A stretch of DNA of 64,000 nt from Takakia lepidozioides (lineage: Eukaryota; Plantae; Bryophyta). The translations under genes and the position numbers were made by a program. Location: NCBI GenBank assembly GCA_030704615.1, contig CM060732.1, forward strand, positions 16,058,001 to 16,122,000, written 5' to 3'. Of the stretch, positions 1 to 12,384 are shown piece by piece. The notes under the pieces are model-generated. The model had not been told where the DNA came from and ran no database searches. It saw nothing but the letters and a program-made list of their open reading frames with translations. Numbering within the stretch: the stretch's first letter is position 1; each line of letters opens with the position of its first letter.

Positions 1-3000
1 CCACATTGTCTATGTACTACGTTACTACTCATTCGAATCATCGTCGTCACTGTCCTAGGACAAGGGATGTGATGTTGTGGCATGATTTGCACTACCAGTA
101 CGGAGAGCCTGGGACCGTGATCTCGTGGTCAATGAGGGACCCAATGACATGTGATCAATTCTGACCAGCATCCGCTTACTTTGCGGCGAAAGTTGACTTT
201 CTTGCAGAATCTCACGACGTGACGAGGGTCAAAGACGTCCGTAATTCCGGCAATGATGCGGTCAATACTGCAATCTGGCATTGTAAACTCCGCGGACATG
301 TCCACGTCGTTCGTTTGAACATTATTGTGGACAGCGCCTCATTGTTTCGAGGCGTGTTTTGCAATGTACCCTCCAACTCGGCTATGCGCAGTCTGTCATT
401 CCACAAGGTTCTGCAGGGTTCGGACTCGCTGTTTTGTTTCCACCAGTTCATCCTCTAACGTTCCAGATACTTGTTGCACCGGTGCCTCAGGCACGCCTAG
501 TATCATAGCCTGGGGTACCGGTGCCCCGCGCACGCCCAGTATCGTAACCGGGGGTGTTCCAAACGTGTTCGAGATGTTGACGAAATGGTATTGCATCGTT
601 GCGTTCTTCCTACTAGCAATTTGTCAATTCACTGGACGCAACAATATCACCTCCACGTACAATATGGCTGCCAAGGTGTACAAGATTTAGTCCTTTAATA
701 GTGGTTCATCCCACAACGTGCAATGCACCTCAGTTGCCCTATGCTGGAAATGCAAATTCATGCAAGACATGAAGTCCGCGCAATTGTTTCTGGTTTGCAC
801 CACATGCCTAGATCTAGGCCACAATTGATTGATGTGACACCATTTCATGAATTCTTTGCATCTCGTGCTCGGCCACCTGAACTCTTCCGGAAAATCCTCC
901 CATCATTCTTCCGCTAGTATGCTAGGGTCATCATATACTTCTCAATTTAAGTCATGCCTTGACCATTTGATTTTCTTAAGGGGCAGTCCATGTTCATAGG
1001 GGTCATCTTTTCCATGACGTTCATCGTCCTGGCCGACCTCTGTCATTTTGTAACAATCGGAGCAACCCTAAATGACGTTTACTAATAAGTAACGGAAAGT
1101 TAAACACTACTAAAGCAAACGTGGAAATGGCTAAGAATTAAAGAACTGCGATCTCGATCGTAAAATTACAATTGACCCTAAACCCTTAACACAAAACGGG
1201 TTTGAATAAGTGTCATAATAGTTTCCTTCTTCTTCATGACAACCTCATGCAACGGAAACCAATGCTTCTTGAGCTGCAGAGATCACAAACCGCATGGATC
1301 AGGTTCAGAGTTGGAAAAAGAAACACCATGTCAATAATTGAAACCCATACTATGAAAAGCAACATATGGAAATAAACAGTCAGAAACGTACCGGGCCTGC
1401 ACCTCCAGCCCGTGGATGTAGAAAGGTTTGATTCAAGTAAACACCTATGTAATGTGCCGTGAAACAACCACCCATTTCTTGGGACACTGGTGCATGGGAG
1501 AAAGACAATTTTTTCTTACTTGTGGTTTTGTGAGGTGATTGCATGCATAGCGACTGAACCCAAAAATAAACCTCTGAAAAAAAATAAAAAATATGATGCC
1601 TCCCGAAGGGAGCGTAACTTATGGTGTCACTTCACCACAAGGGCTACTGCCTTCCAGCTGAAAGGTGGACACCTTCATGACACACCAGACCGTGGTTTGA
1701 ACCCACAACCACATCCAACGTGGTATGTGCCCATTACCACTGGGCTACATGCTGGTTGTCTAAACCTCTGACAATGGTGTGCATGTCAATTATCGTAAAC
1801 CCTAAACCCCAAAACATCATGAATGGACTACAAATAATATGACATATCTAATATGGAGAGTGATTATGCACCACAATAGTAACCTACTGTTCTGGAAGGA
1901 AAAAATGTGATAGAACATATGTGCACGTCCCTGGAGCGAGCCAATGAATTATGGAAGTGATGCCCTCACCTTCGATTCTTGTAATACAACATCACAAATT
2001 GCAAAGTGGGCAGCTTTATGCCTTACTAGTCTGCCCAGGATCCGAAAGTATCAGCAAAGTAAGAAACTCTTCAACTCAGCTCCATATGAAACCCGCTCTT
2101 CACCTCCGCTCCATGTAAATGCTTGCATGAAGTGCCCTAGCAAACATGCCCACTTTTGCACTTTGCTAACTACTGTAGTGGAAAAACGATACTTGAGTTA
2201 TGGGTGTTGTGCATTTAGGGCAAGACAGACATAGTGCAATAGCAGTAGTTTCACGATTTGCCCTGTTCCCTCATTTTCAGTATCCCTAGTTGTCGCAAAG
2301 GAACAAAACTATGTTTCACTATATGCAGATTTGTGAACCTATGCATGCAATATATGTGAAAGAACCAACAAAGAACGGAATGTGCCAAAGATGATTGGGT
2401 TTTGGATGCTCATTGCAGAACTCACTCACCCGCATCACCATGGCAGGGAACAGCGGGGGCGAGGCGACCAAGTACTGACCTAGGCAATATTTAGCAATTT
2501 TCGCCTAGAGGAAGATCACAATGGTAATCCGGAGCAGACAAATGACAAAGTTGATCGTTGTGGAGCGATAATAAGGACTTGCACGCAAGAAACATTTGGA
2601 GCGGAAGCATTGCAACCTTTGAACACGGCGAAAACATCCTGCATCGTAGAACGATTGCCCACTGCTGTCCACAAAATTGACGTGCATGACGGGACGCGGT
2701 ACGCCAACAATAGCAACGAAAGCAAGAGCTGGTCCGTGTCAAGGGAACCTACCCTCATCATTTTACATGCAATCCCATCATGTGGATGCAATGGCATGCA
2801 TGGGGAGGATTAAGGCATGCATGGGGGATGGAGGACGATGCCATGCATGAGGGCAGGATGGGAGGCGGGGTGGGGATGCGGGAGAGGGCATGTGTCATGT
2901 CCCCGCAGCGGGAACATGAGGTGCGGGAGGGCGTGTGCCGCGTGGGCGCTGCGATGGAGTTGGGGGTGGGCGTGGGGTGGCGGGGGGTCCACGCCCCCCC

Positions 3001-3436
3001 CCCTCCCGCATTCAACTCCAGGGCCTCATCTATTACTTGGCATTCAATAGTGGGGGCGGGAAGGATTTAACAGGGGCCCCACCGGAGGAGCCCAGGCTGC
3101 CAGAATCCGGCGAAAGTACCGTCAGATGGCACGAGTGCATTGAGTTCTTTACCTCATTCCTATTATCTTCCTCGGAAGGAGTCCTCTTCTAGCTCTCGGG
3201 TAATAAATTTTCCATACCGTTGCTTCATAAGATGACTGAGCGAGATAACCTTAATAGACAACCAGTCCATGATCGATAACCGCCCAACAGGACCAAACTC
3301 ATGCAAGAAAAATATTTAAATGGAGCAATACATTTATTCAACATCCTGAAAGCAAGCCACTGGAAACACTGGAAATACTAGCACAATCTTTGTAGGAAAA
3401 CTTTGGCAAGCAATAAAAATAGAACTCGAGTCTGGA

Positions 3437-3822
3437 ATGCTTGTGGATGACATCTTCCTGGTACTTCAGGCGGAACCTTCCACTCTTACAGCTGCTAAGA
3501 ACACTCTTAAGAAATTCTGTAGAGTCTCTGGCTTCCGGGTTAACTGGAGAAAGACCAAAGCCTTGCTAATAGGGGACCCATCTATGTCTTCTATTGGGAT
3601 CAACCCCAACTGGGGAGTAGACCAAGGTATGGCCTGGCTTAAAGCAGGAGAACCTACCACACTGTTGGGTCACATCTTCAGCCTAGACCTCACCGAGGAG
3701 CAGAGAAATGGGGCCCATTCTAGCCAGGCTCAAGAAGGAGCTAGCGTTCTGGGGCTCTAAGTTCCTCTCCATCACCGGAAGAGCTCTGGCTGCCAACCAG
3801 ATTCTGCTTGCTGGGATCTGGT
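3437..3822 (+). pseudogene. L1-type LINE reverse transcriptase fragment
   Basis: LVDDIFLVL...LKKFCRVSGFRVNWRKTK...TLLG, then after a frameshift WGSKFLSITGRALAANQILLAGIW; this is the plant L1 RT pattern (xDD...F...SG..VN..K; W..k.LS..GR..L). Confidence 0.8.
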
Positions 3823-3970
3823 AAGGTGAATTCATATACTCGCTTAAGAATGACTCAGACAAAGAAGTGAATGTCGTCAACGACATTCAATCTGGATCTA
3901 TGATTGCAATCCTTATGAAGCCACATTTTTTCCCAAAAAAAACAGTAGAGTTTCAAGTATGACATTGCAC

Positions 3971-4490
3971 CTGTACACAACTCGCATCATGGCCCACTCT
4001 CCTCCAACCTGACTGTCAAAGTCGATGGACCGTAAAATGTTACCATCTTTGGAGAACTCCCGAAAAAAACAGTATCTCCAGGTGAGACCTCTCCACTTCC
4101 TTATGTATGCCTCCAATGACATTTGGGGAGGGGAAACAATCGAAATGTTCAGGTCCTTCAAAGTCTGATCCAGCACAATGACGGCGCGCTTTTCGAGCTG
4201 CAAATAGTATATTTGTCAGAATTGCAAATAAGATACTCATCACATACTTGAAGAGAAGAAAACGACATGTTTGAATACACACCTGACTCCAAAATGTAGC
4301 CTTGTGGAGCCAGTTATCAAACACCAAATCACTGATTCCTTCCATCTTTGTGCCAGGCTGTATGGTGCTCTTTGGGAACTGATTCAAGTCATTTACTGTT
4401 TGATCTGAGCTCCATATCTCTAGCCACCTTATTTTTGTTTGTGGGTCAACCATCGATATGGCCAGCCGGTGCAATTTCTCCTGCACATTA
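3971..4490 (-). pseudogene. Element D: two-exon relic of the ParB-methyltransferase cargo gene (A-like)
   Basis: QEKLHRLAISMVDPQTKIRWLEIW...DNWLHKATFWSQ|gt and ag|LEKRA...EAYIRKWR...FFREFSKDG...YR|gt match exons 4-5 of the gene at 23158-23941, with the same intron positions (intron 4283-4198). Confidence 0.85.
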
Positions 4491-4569
4491 TGACATGGCC
4501 CTTCAGATGTTGCGAATGAAAGCATAACGAGAATTTGCAGAACAGCATACAACAAGATTCTGCATACAT

Positions 4570-7500
4570 GTCCCACAGATGAGGTCGAGCACTGTGCCCT
4601 CCACGTCAGTGCATGTCTCCATAATTGTCTGAATGAAGGCAGGGCTCCGAGTCCGTGAATACCGCAGGGGTTCAGTTGAAGTGAGGCTATGAGGGAGAAG
4701 TTCCGTGGGAACGTTGTTGAACAGGACGTCGTAATCGATGGGGTCGCAGTTCGGGTCAACCAACAATCCCTCCTTCCGGAAAGCAAAGGTGGAGTTCTCC
4801 TTCACAAATCAGTATGCATCAAACTGCTTCGTCTGCATACACAGTGGGGAACGATTAGAAATCGAATGCGGCACCGCATTTCAAAACTCCTAAGAAAATG
4901 AAAGGACGAGTGCCAATGTTGTAATTACCTTCTTCCCTTCCGACCGAAGGCCCAATGTGTTGATGCACGTCCACTTCTTCTTCAGAATTGGGACGGCGCT
5001 CTTGCGGGTCCACTTCGCAATTCCTGTCTGCGTGTTTTTGCCTCTGCTCGCCAGGACAACCACACAGCCTCTGTCGTCCAACACCATGCGGGCGAGCCCG
5101 AATCCTTTCTTCCAAAAGTCCTCGGAGTACCTGTTCCAAGATGGCAGAGCTTGCAGTCCTTCCACAGGCTCTCCGTCCGGAATATCCAAGATGATCATAT
5201 CGCAAGACCACTCAGTGGCATTTCCGCCCCTCCTGCAATCCTTGTCTGCACACACCCTCTCAAAGAACGAGACCATCTTCAGAAACCCAGGGGTGTCGGA
5301 AGGCTCTTCGGCAACCGCCTTCTTCAGTGCTTTGCCCTTCAGACCCTCCATGGTCTTCATGTATGCCAACTTGGCTGCCCGTCCATCCAAAGCCGCAAGA
5401 AACTCTCATTCACACACTGGACTACTGTATCGGGATCCACTTTTGGCCTCTTCATTTCCACCGGCTCGAAAGGGTGCCCCCTCGGGGGTTGAAGAGTGCC
5501 TTCTTTGCCGAGCCAGTTCTCGTCCCTCTCGTGACAACGGTGGGCACAGGGGATTTCGGCTGCGTCTCGGGGGTGGGCTGGTTGCAAAGTCTCCATCGGA
5601 GTCCTCTTCCTCACCCTCTACCTGCACTATCTGTTTCTGCTTCTTCGTTTTATTGGGTGTCACAACTGCTGCTCCTTGCTGGCGAGTCCGCTTCTTGGAC
5701 CCCTTCTGTTGAGCCTGCACAGCTGCATCCACCGTCTTTTGTGCCATCTCAGCTACCTTTCTGGATTGTTCCAGAGCAGCAGCTTCCTTTGCCGACTCTG
5801 GCCGAGCAGGGACACGTCTTTCCTTTCTCTTCTCTTCTGCTTTCGCGTGCAGATCTTTCTCAGACTCGTCAACAATTCCGCCAGACATGTCCAGGTACCA
5901 CGGGCATCCAACCAGATGTGCGGCATGCCATTGTTTCTGCATCTCGGGTGTGTAGACACAGCTTGGGCCCGCCACGGTCCAAGCCATGAAGAACGGGGGC
6001 TCTTGAGCCAGGGCCCCTGTCTGAAGAAGCACGTATTTCATATACCTGCAGGGCAGTCAGCATGCGTGAGCAAAAGTTGAGACCAACGTACTCGCAGAGT
6101 GCAACCGAAAACTTAAAATGCGAATGCGGTGCCGCATTTCCCAGACAAACCTCATAACCAGGCTTCGCATACAAGGACAGCTGGGCTTCACCTGTAAACA
6201 ATTCGCATTGCAGCTTTTCCCGCTCCCTCCTGATGTGTAAACTCCACGCTCTTTCTTGTTGTCTGCAGCTCCCTGGCGAAGAGGTTGTCCTTGTACGCAT
6301 ATCTGAAACGTGTCACGTAGTCTTCCAATGTCTGTGTTCCATCCCATTTGACGTACAAGCCGAACAAATTTGTATGCATTACGACTTGCTCCTTCGCATT
6401 TGTCATTACCTGCGATTCCCACATGCATTGTCACGTAGCAGTTCAAGGAATTCATTTCAGAAAAGCAAATCTGGGGAAGTACCTTGAATTACCTGGAACC
6501 ACCAAGTCATGCGGTTGAGCCACACATCCACTGCAGGGTCGGAAACTTCGAGTGGAAAAGACCACATTGTCCTTATACTCTCCGATGCATTCCAGATCGA
6601 CAGCCACCGTGTCTGCCATTTCCGATCCAATGTCAGGAGCAGGAAGAAGAGTGGCTATTGCTAGGAAGGAACTTCAGTGCATTGAAACATCACCTTCTCT
6701 TTCGCTTCAACACATGCCGTTGAGAGGTGATGCAGTTTCTCCAACTGCATGGTCGGCTGCATGGCCCGAGAATACTGTTTTGCAATCTCGGGGATGAAGT
6801 CCTTTCCAAGTGCCGGATCTGCAATGGCCACCAGCTTCACAAGCTTTGACTTGTATTTCATTCTGGACTTGACCCCGGCTTCCTTCAAGTGCTCAATCAA
6901 TGACTGCAACGTTTTGACCTGCCCCTCACTTTCCATGAAGAAGCGTTTGGCATGGGCCAAATCCAGCTTGATGTTTGACTGCCAACAAAAACATGCAGAA
7001 GCGTTACATTCGATTCATGTGGAAAGATTACTGGAAATTGGGGAAGGATGAGCAGAGGGAAATGGGAGGACGACTTACTTCGCATATCACCTCCACCATT
7101 CCATCCATAGTGAGACGATACCATGTCCGTCAGTTTTTTGCCACGGCTTTCTGAATGAGCTCGGGCTCCAGCATTTCCGCAAACATGTGCGGATCAGTGA
7201 GACCAGTTTTCCTCACCCTGTACAACATATGTGCCATGTGGGTATGCACGTATGCATTTTCAGTTACCCTGCAAGGCACACTCTCCAGTTCAGTCCACGA
7301 AAGCACGGAAACAAAACAGATTGGAAACCGAAATGCGGCACCGCATTTCGAACGTGCTTGGGAGGGTATGAGTATCTTACGAGTTGAGGTCCGCCATGGC
7401 ATTCTTGAGCAGGGAGGAGTCTGCCGCCTTCACCTTGAGGATGACACACTCCACCATGTAATGCCAGCCAATGTGCTTGGCATGGTTCTGCTTGATGTAC

Positions 7501-8915
7501 TCCCACCAGGCAAGAATTCGGCGATTCCCGTCCACACAAAGAACATTTTACCCGACATATGGCCGAAGTCTGGATCACCCCTTCAGCGTTGCCTCGAATT
7601 CGTCGTTGCGAGTGTGCCAGTGGGTATCCCATGTTGACAATTCATCCGCAGTGGGTCCACGAGATTTGCCGTCCTCATTCTCAAGGGAAACGTAGAAGGC
7701 TGGCGAACCTAGATGGTACCCTTCTCGAAATACGAACTTGAGCTTATCCACATCTCCGGGAAGTGCCTGCCTGACAATGGGAAGGGAGACCATGCGACAG
7801 AGTGGGATTTGAAGAGTCCGCTGGAATACCTTGCTGCCCAGAACTCTGCCAATGCTACTGTGTGTCTCCTCCAACATTGTATCCGCTGCACTTTGGAATT
7901 CCTCCGGAGACATTTCTGCTGGTGGCGGTAGGGGCTGAGCAGCTGGAGCATCCCCAACTGGAGCTGCACTCTGGGGAATCTTTGCGGGCAATTCTGCAAT
8001 TGCAGAGGCCTCCTCCGGGCCTGCAATATTCTGAAGATCTTCCTCAACGGTGGTCTGGTCTTGCTGCGAACGTTGAGCGGCAGCACCCTCCTCCGGTACC
8101 ACATCGACAAAATCGGTCGATCCCATTGCCTTCGCTGCAGCAAAGACGCCCCCAACATCACCAGGCTGGAAATCAAGCAGGAACTGGGCTTCAGCTCGTG
8201 GAATCGGTTTTGCGGGAGACTGCTCCGCCCTCCCCCTGATTGCCTTGTGCTTCCTCATTCTTGCAGGTGAAGGTGTCTGCTGCAATTCAATCTGCTTCAT
8301 TCGCCTGGGTGGGGGGGAAACGGTCTGGTCCGGTTCAGAAACAAGTTGAAGGACGGGCTGCTTCTTCTTCATCTTTGCTGGAGAAGGGCTAGACCCCTGC
8401 TGGCGATTCTCCATGACCTTTGAACGCGAGTCGCTCTCTGGGGCTTTGAATTGCAAAGACTTGCCCTTCGAAGCCACGTCCTTGAAACGCACAGGGCTAG
8501 GCCCGGCAGGAAATCCCATGCTCGTGGATCGGCTGGGTGTACATGCTGCAGCTAGCTCCACGGACTCTGCCTGCGGCTCTTCGGATTCCTGCGATCCCTC
8601 CAGCACGTCCACCTTTCCGGTTAGGCATGCAAACATCTTCTACATTCAAGTCTCCTAGCATACAGTCTAAGAATTGCAGAAGAAAAATGAGGCGAGTTTC
8701 GGTGCTCGATCAGCTGGCGAATCCCGATAGCACGGAGCTCTCACTGGTGGCTGGGTTGCCTGCGTGGCCTGATGCTGCGAGATGGCAATCTCCTCCTGTA
8801 GATGCATCTGCTTCCTCCCCTTCGGCATTGGCCTACGTCCGAAGTACAATTTTTGGAGCTTGCGACGATGTCTCTTCTCTGGTGCACGCACTCCCTCCAT
8901 CTCAGGTTCAAGCAT
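4570..8915 (-). pseudogene. Element B ParB/Srx-DNA methyltransferase fusion gene, disrupted
   Basis: Exons encode LQIPLCRMVSLPIVRQAL...MFFVWDGNRRILAW (ParB-like), CDMIILDIPDG, VLDDRGCVVVL and RSPAFIQTIMETCTDVEGTVLDLICGT (MTase). Lesions: +1 G frameshift near 7578 and in-frame stops near 7131, 5407 and 4810. The last exon is missing. The first exon (8915-8745) is inferred from in-phase splice sites. Confidence 0.85.
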
Positions 8916-9262
8916 AAGAAGAAAAAAGACAGGGAAAAAAGGCGAAGAGTGCAAATGGAAAGGGCGCGAGAGGGGTGACTCAGGAAACACGACAAAAGAA
9001 GATGAAACGGCGGTGATGCACCACTTGGGTTCGAAAGGGTTGGAAAAAGTGTCTCCTCGTGGACCTTGCGTCATTACAAAATTTGAATCGTTCAGGGTAC
9101 GCCTGTCGTCCGAAAAACAAACATCATTATCCAACGGTCAGGCCGCGCCGCCTCATGCCACTTCAGTCAGATAGAGTGCAGACATGTGCCGCAATTCCGT
9201 TGCTCCACGTGTTCACATTTCATGGCATTTCCGTCCCAGCGTCTGATGAGTTGGAGTGAAAA

Positions 9263-10605
9263 TGCAAATGCGGCGCCGCATTTCCATTAAGTATCATCAC
9301 GAAGCTACACATCCGTACTTGTTGGAAGAAAATGCGGCACCGCATTTCCGTTCCACTTTCACAAACCTTAGTTGTTGAACGCAAATACGGTGCCGCATTT
9401 CCGTCCCACAGCTCCATGCCTGAGATACAAAAGGGAAATGCGGCGCCGCATTTCCGTTCTGGAATGTCGAAAGGTGCGATTCGGAAATGCACAACATTTC
9501 GGTTCCCCGTGGTTCATGATTTTCAATCTGAACGAAAATGCGGTCCCGCATTTCCGTTCCACCTTCACATACCTTAGTTGATGAACGGAAATGCCGTGCC
9601 ACATTTCCATTCGGGAAAGTATAAAGGTCTCACCTGAACGGAAATGCGGTGCCGCATATCCGGTGGGGAAAGTTTGAAGGTCTCACATGGATGGAAATGC
9701 CGCACCGCATTTCCGTTCTGGAATGTTGGAAGGTGCGACTCGGACGGAAATGCGGTGCCGCATTTCAGTTCCGATGGTTCACGATTTTCAGTCAGAACGG
9801 AAATGCGGTACCGCATTTCCGTTCTGGAGAGTATGAAGGTCTCGCCCGCACGGAAATGCGGTGCAGCATTTCTATCCCTTAGCTCCATGCGACAGATACA
9901 AAACGGAAATGCGGCGCCGTATTTCCGTTCTGGTATGTCGGAAGGTGCGACTCGGACGGAAATGCGGTACCGCATTTCCGTTCTGGAGAGTATGAAGGTC
10001 TTAACCGGTCGGAAATTCGCTGCAGCATTTCCGTCACCCGGCTCCATGCCTCAGATACAAAACGGAAATGCGGCGCCGCATTTCCGTTTTGGAATTTTGG
10101 AAGGTGCGACTCGGACGGAAATGCGGTGCCGCATTCCAGTTCCGATGGTTCACGATTTTCTGTCTGAATGTCTGTTCTGGAGTGTATAAAGGTCTCACCC
10201 GGACGGAAATGCGGTGCAACATTTCTATCCCTCAGCTCCATGCGTCAGATACAAAACGGAAATGCGGCGCCGTATTTCCATTCTGGTATGTCGGAAGGTG
10301 CGACTCGGACGGAAATGCGGTGCCGCATTTCAGTTCCCGTGGTTCATGATTCTCAATCAGAACGGAAATGCGGTACCGCATTTCCGTTCCACCTTCACAT
10401 ACCGTGCTTGTTGGATGGAAATGCGTTACCGCATTTCCGTTCTGGAGAGTATAAAGGTTTCCCCCAGACGGAAACTCGGTGCCGCATTTCCGTCGCTTTG
10501 GTGCATGACTAAGATGCAAAACGGAAATGCGGTGCCGTATTTCCGTCCAACAGCAATCGAAAGTATCACTCCGGACGGAAATGCGGAACCTCATTTCCGC
10601 ATGCG
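9263..10605. repeat. Palindrome array 1 of element B (24-bp CGGAAATGCGGNNCCGCATTTCCG plus 29-bp linker; 53-bp period)
   Basis: Repeat starts at 9798, 9851, 9904, 9957 and 10010; about 25 copies; perfect 34-bp palindrome at 9793-9826. Confidence 0.95.
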
Positions 10606-11266
10606 GAACCTAAATGGGTTGCTTTGTTCCGAAACAACACAATTGCGGCCTGTCTTGATGAGCACAACTTGGTTGTCTGACCGTTTTAACCGAGGCGGGT
10701 TTCGGTGTTCGCTCAGTTGGTGAATCCCGATAGCACGGAGCGCTCACTGGTGGCTGGGTTGCCTGCGTGGCCTGATGCTGCGAGATGGCAATCTCCTCCT
10801 GTAGACGCATCTGCTTCCTCCCCTTCGGCATTGGCCTACGTCCAAAGTACAATTTTCGGAGCTTGCGACGATGTCTCTTCTCTGGTGCACGCACTCCCTC
10901 CCTCTCAGGTTCGAGCATAAGAAAAGCAGAGACAGGGAAAAGGGACGAAGAGTGCAGATGGAAAGGGCGCGAGTGGGGTGACTGAGGAGACACGACAAAA
11001 GAAGATGAAACGGCGGTGATGCACCACTTGGGTTCAAAAGGGTTGCACGAAAGTGTCTCCTCGTGGACTTTGCATCATTACGAAATTCGAATCGTTCAGG
11101 GTACGCCTGCCGTCCGAAAAACAAACATCATTATCCAACGGTCAGGCCGCGCCGCCTAATGCCACTTCAGTCAGATAGAGTGCAGACATGTGCCGCAATT
11201 CCATTGCTCCACGTGTTCAAATTTCAAGGCATTTCCGTCCCAGCGTCTGATGAGTTGGAGTGAAAA

Positions 11267-11995
11267 TGCAAATGCGGCGCCGCATTTCCGTTAAGTACCA
11301 TCACGAAGCTACACATCCGTACTTGTTGGAAGAAAATGCGGCACCGCATTTCCGTTCCACCTTCACATGCCTTAGTTGTTGAACGGAAATACGGTGCCGC
11401 ATTTCCGTCCCACAGCTCCATGCCTGAAATACAAAAGGGAAATGCAGCGCCGCATTTCCAATCTGGTATGTCGGAAGGTGCGACTCGGACGGAAATGCGG
11501 TGCCGCATTTCAGTTCCCGTTGTTCATAATTCTCAATTAGAACGGAAATGCGGTACCGCATTTCCGTTCTGGAGAGTATGAAGGTCTTAACCGGTCGGAA
11601 ATGCGCTAAAGCATTTCCGTCACTCGGCTCCATGCCTCAGATACAAAACGGAAATGCATCGCCGCATTTCCGTTCTGGAATGTCGGAAGGTGCGACTCGG
11701 ACGGAAATGCGGTGCCTCATTTCAGTTCCCGTGGTTCATGATTCTCAATCAGAACGGAAATGCGGTACCGCATTTCCGTTCCACCTTCACATACCGTGCT
11801 TGTTGGATGGAAATGCGTTACCGCATTTCCGTTCTGGAGAGTATAAAGGTTTCCCCCGGACGGAAACTCAATGCCGGTTTTCCGTCGCACTGGTGCATGA
11901 CTAAGATGCAAAACGGAAATGCGGCGCCGTATTTCCGTCCAACAGCAATCGAAAGTATCACTCCGGACGGAAATGCGGAACCTCATTTCCGGATG
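11267..11995. repeat. Palindrome array 2 of element B
   Basis: Same repeat and linker types as array 1, about 14 copies, inside the second copy of the duplication. Confidence 0.95.
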
Positions 11996-12384
11996 CGGAA
12001 CCTGAATGGGTTGCATTGTTCCGAAACAACACAATTGCGGCCTGTCTTGATGAGCACAACTTGGTTGTCTGACCGTTTTAACTAACAGTCCTGGCACTTG
12101 TCAGTGCGAACGTTCATGTCTGCACCAAGAATACTGCTGGATCCACCCTCAGGAGAAACTGTCAGGAGATGTTATTTCGTCGCCGAATCGGCCATCATTG
12201 TCATACTTACTGGCTATGGAATCACACCTCCCACCTTCATGCATGTAGCTTGAAACAAGACTTTCCACTTCAATGTGCAACTTCCAATCGTCGAGGGACT
12301 CCGCAGATCCACTTACATGGTGCCTGTGAGCCTTGGTATGTCGCTATACTGAACCTCGCACTTGCCAACTTCGTGCGGTTTTCG

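Larger units (their letters stand above)
8697..12082. repeat. Imperfect tandem duplication (about 8697-10700 and about 10700-12082)
   Basis: GAATCCCGATAGCACGGAGC...MLEPE(M/R)EGVRAPEKRHRRK recurs at an offset of about 2004 bp; both copies end in ...TTGGTTGTCTGACCGTTTTAAC. Confidence 0.9.

Noticed and set aside
212-700. Possible gag-like ORF remnant with a short imperfect repeat
   Set aside because: Several stops and no motif that I recognise.
2760-3090. G-rich CATGC-repeat tract, possible TE end
   Set aside because: No partner terminus or TSD found; the ORFs there are low-complexity.
9263-11995. CRISPR array
   Set aside because: Spacers recur as a few types, repeats are degenerate, there are no cas genes, and the context is intron-containing eukaryotic DNA.
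9220-12097. Many overlapping ORFs (EMRCRISV/GNAAPHF types)
   Set aside because: By-products of the stop-poor palindromic repeat on both strands.
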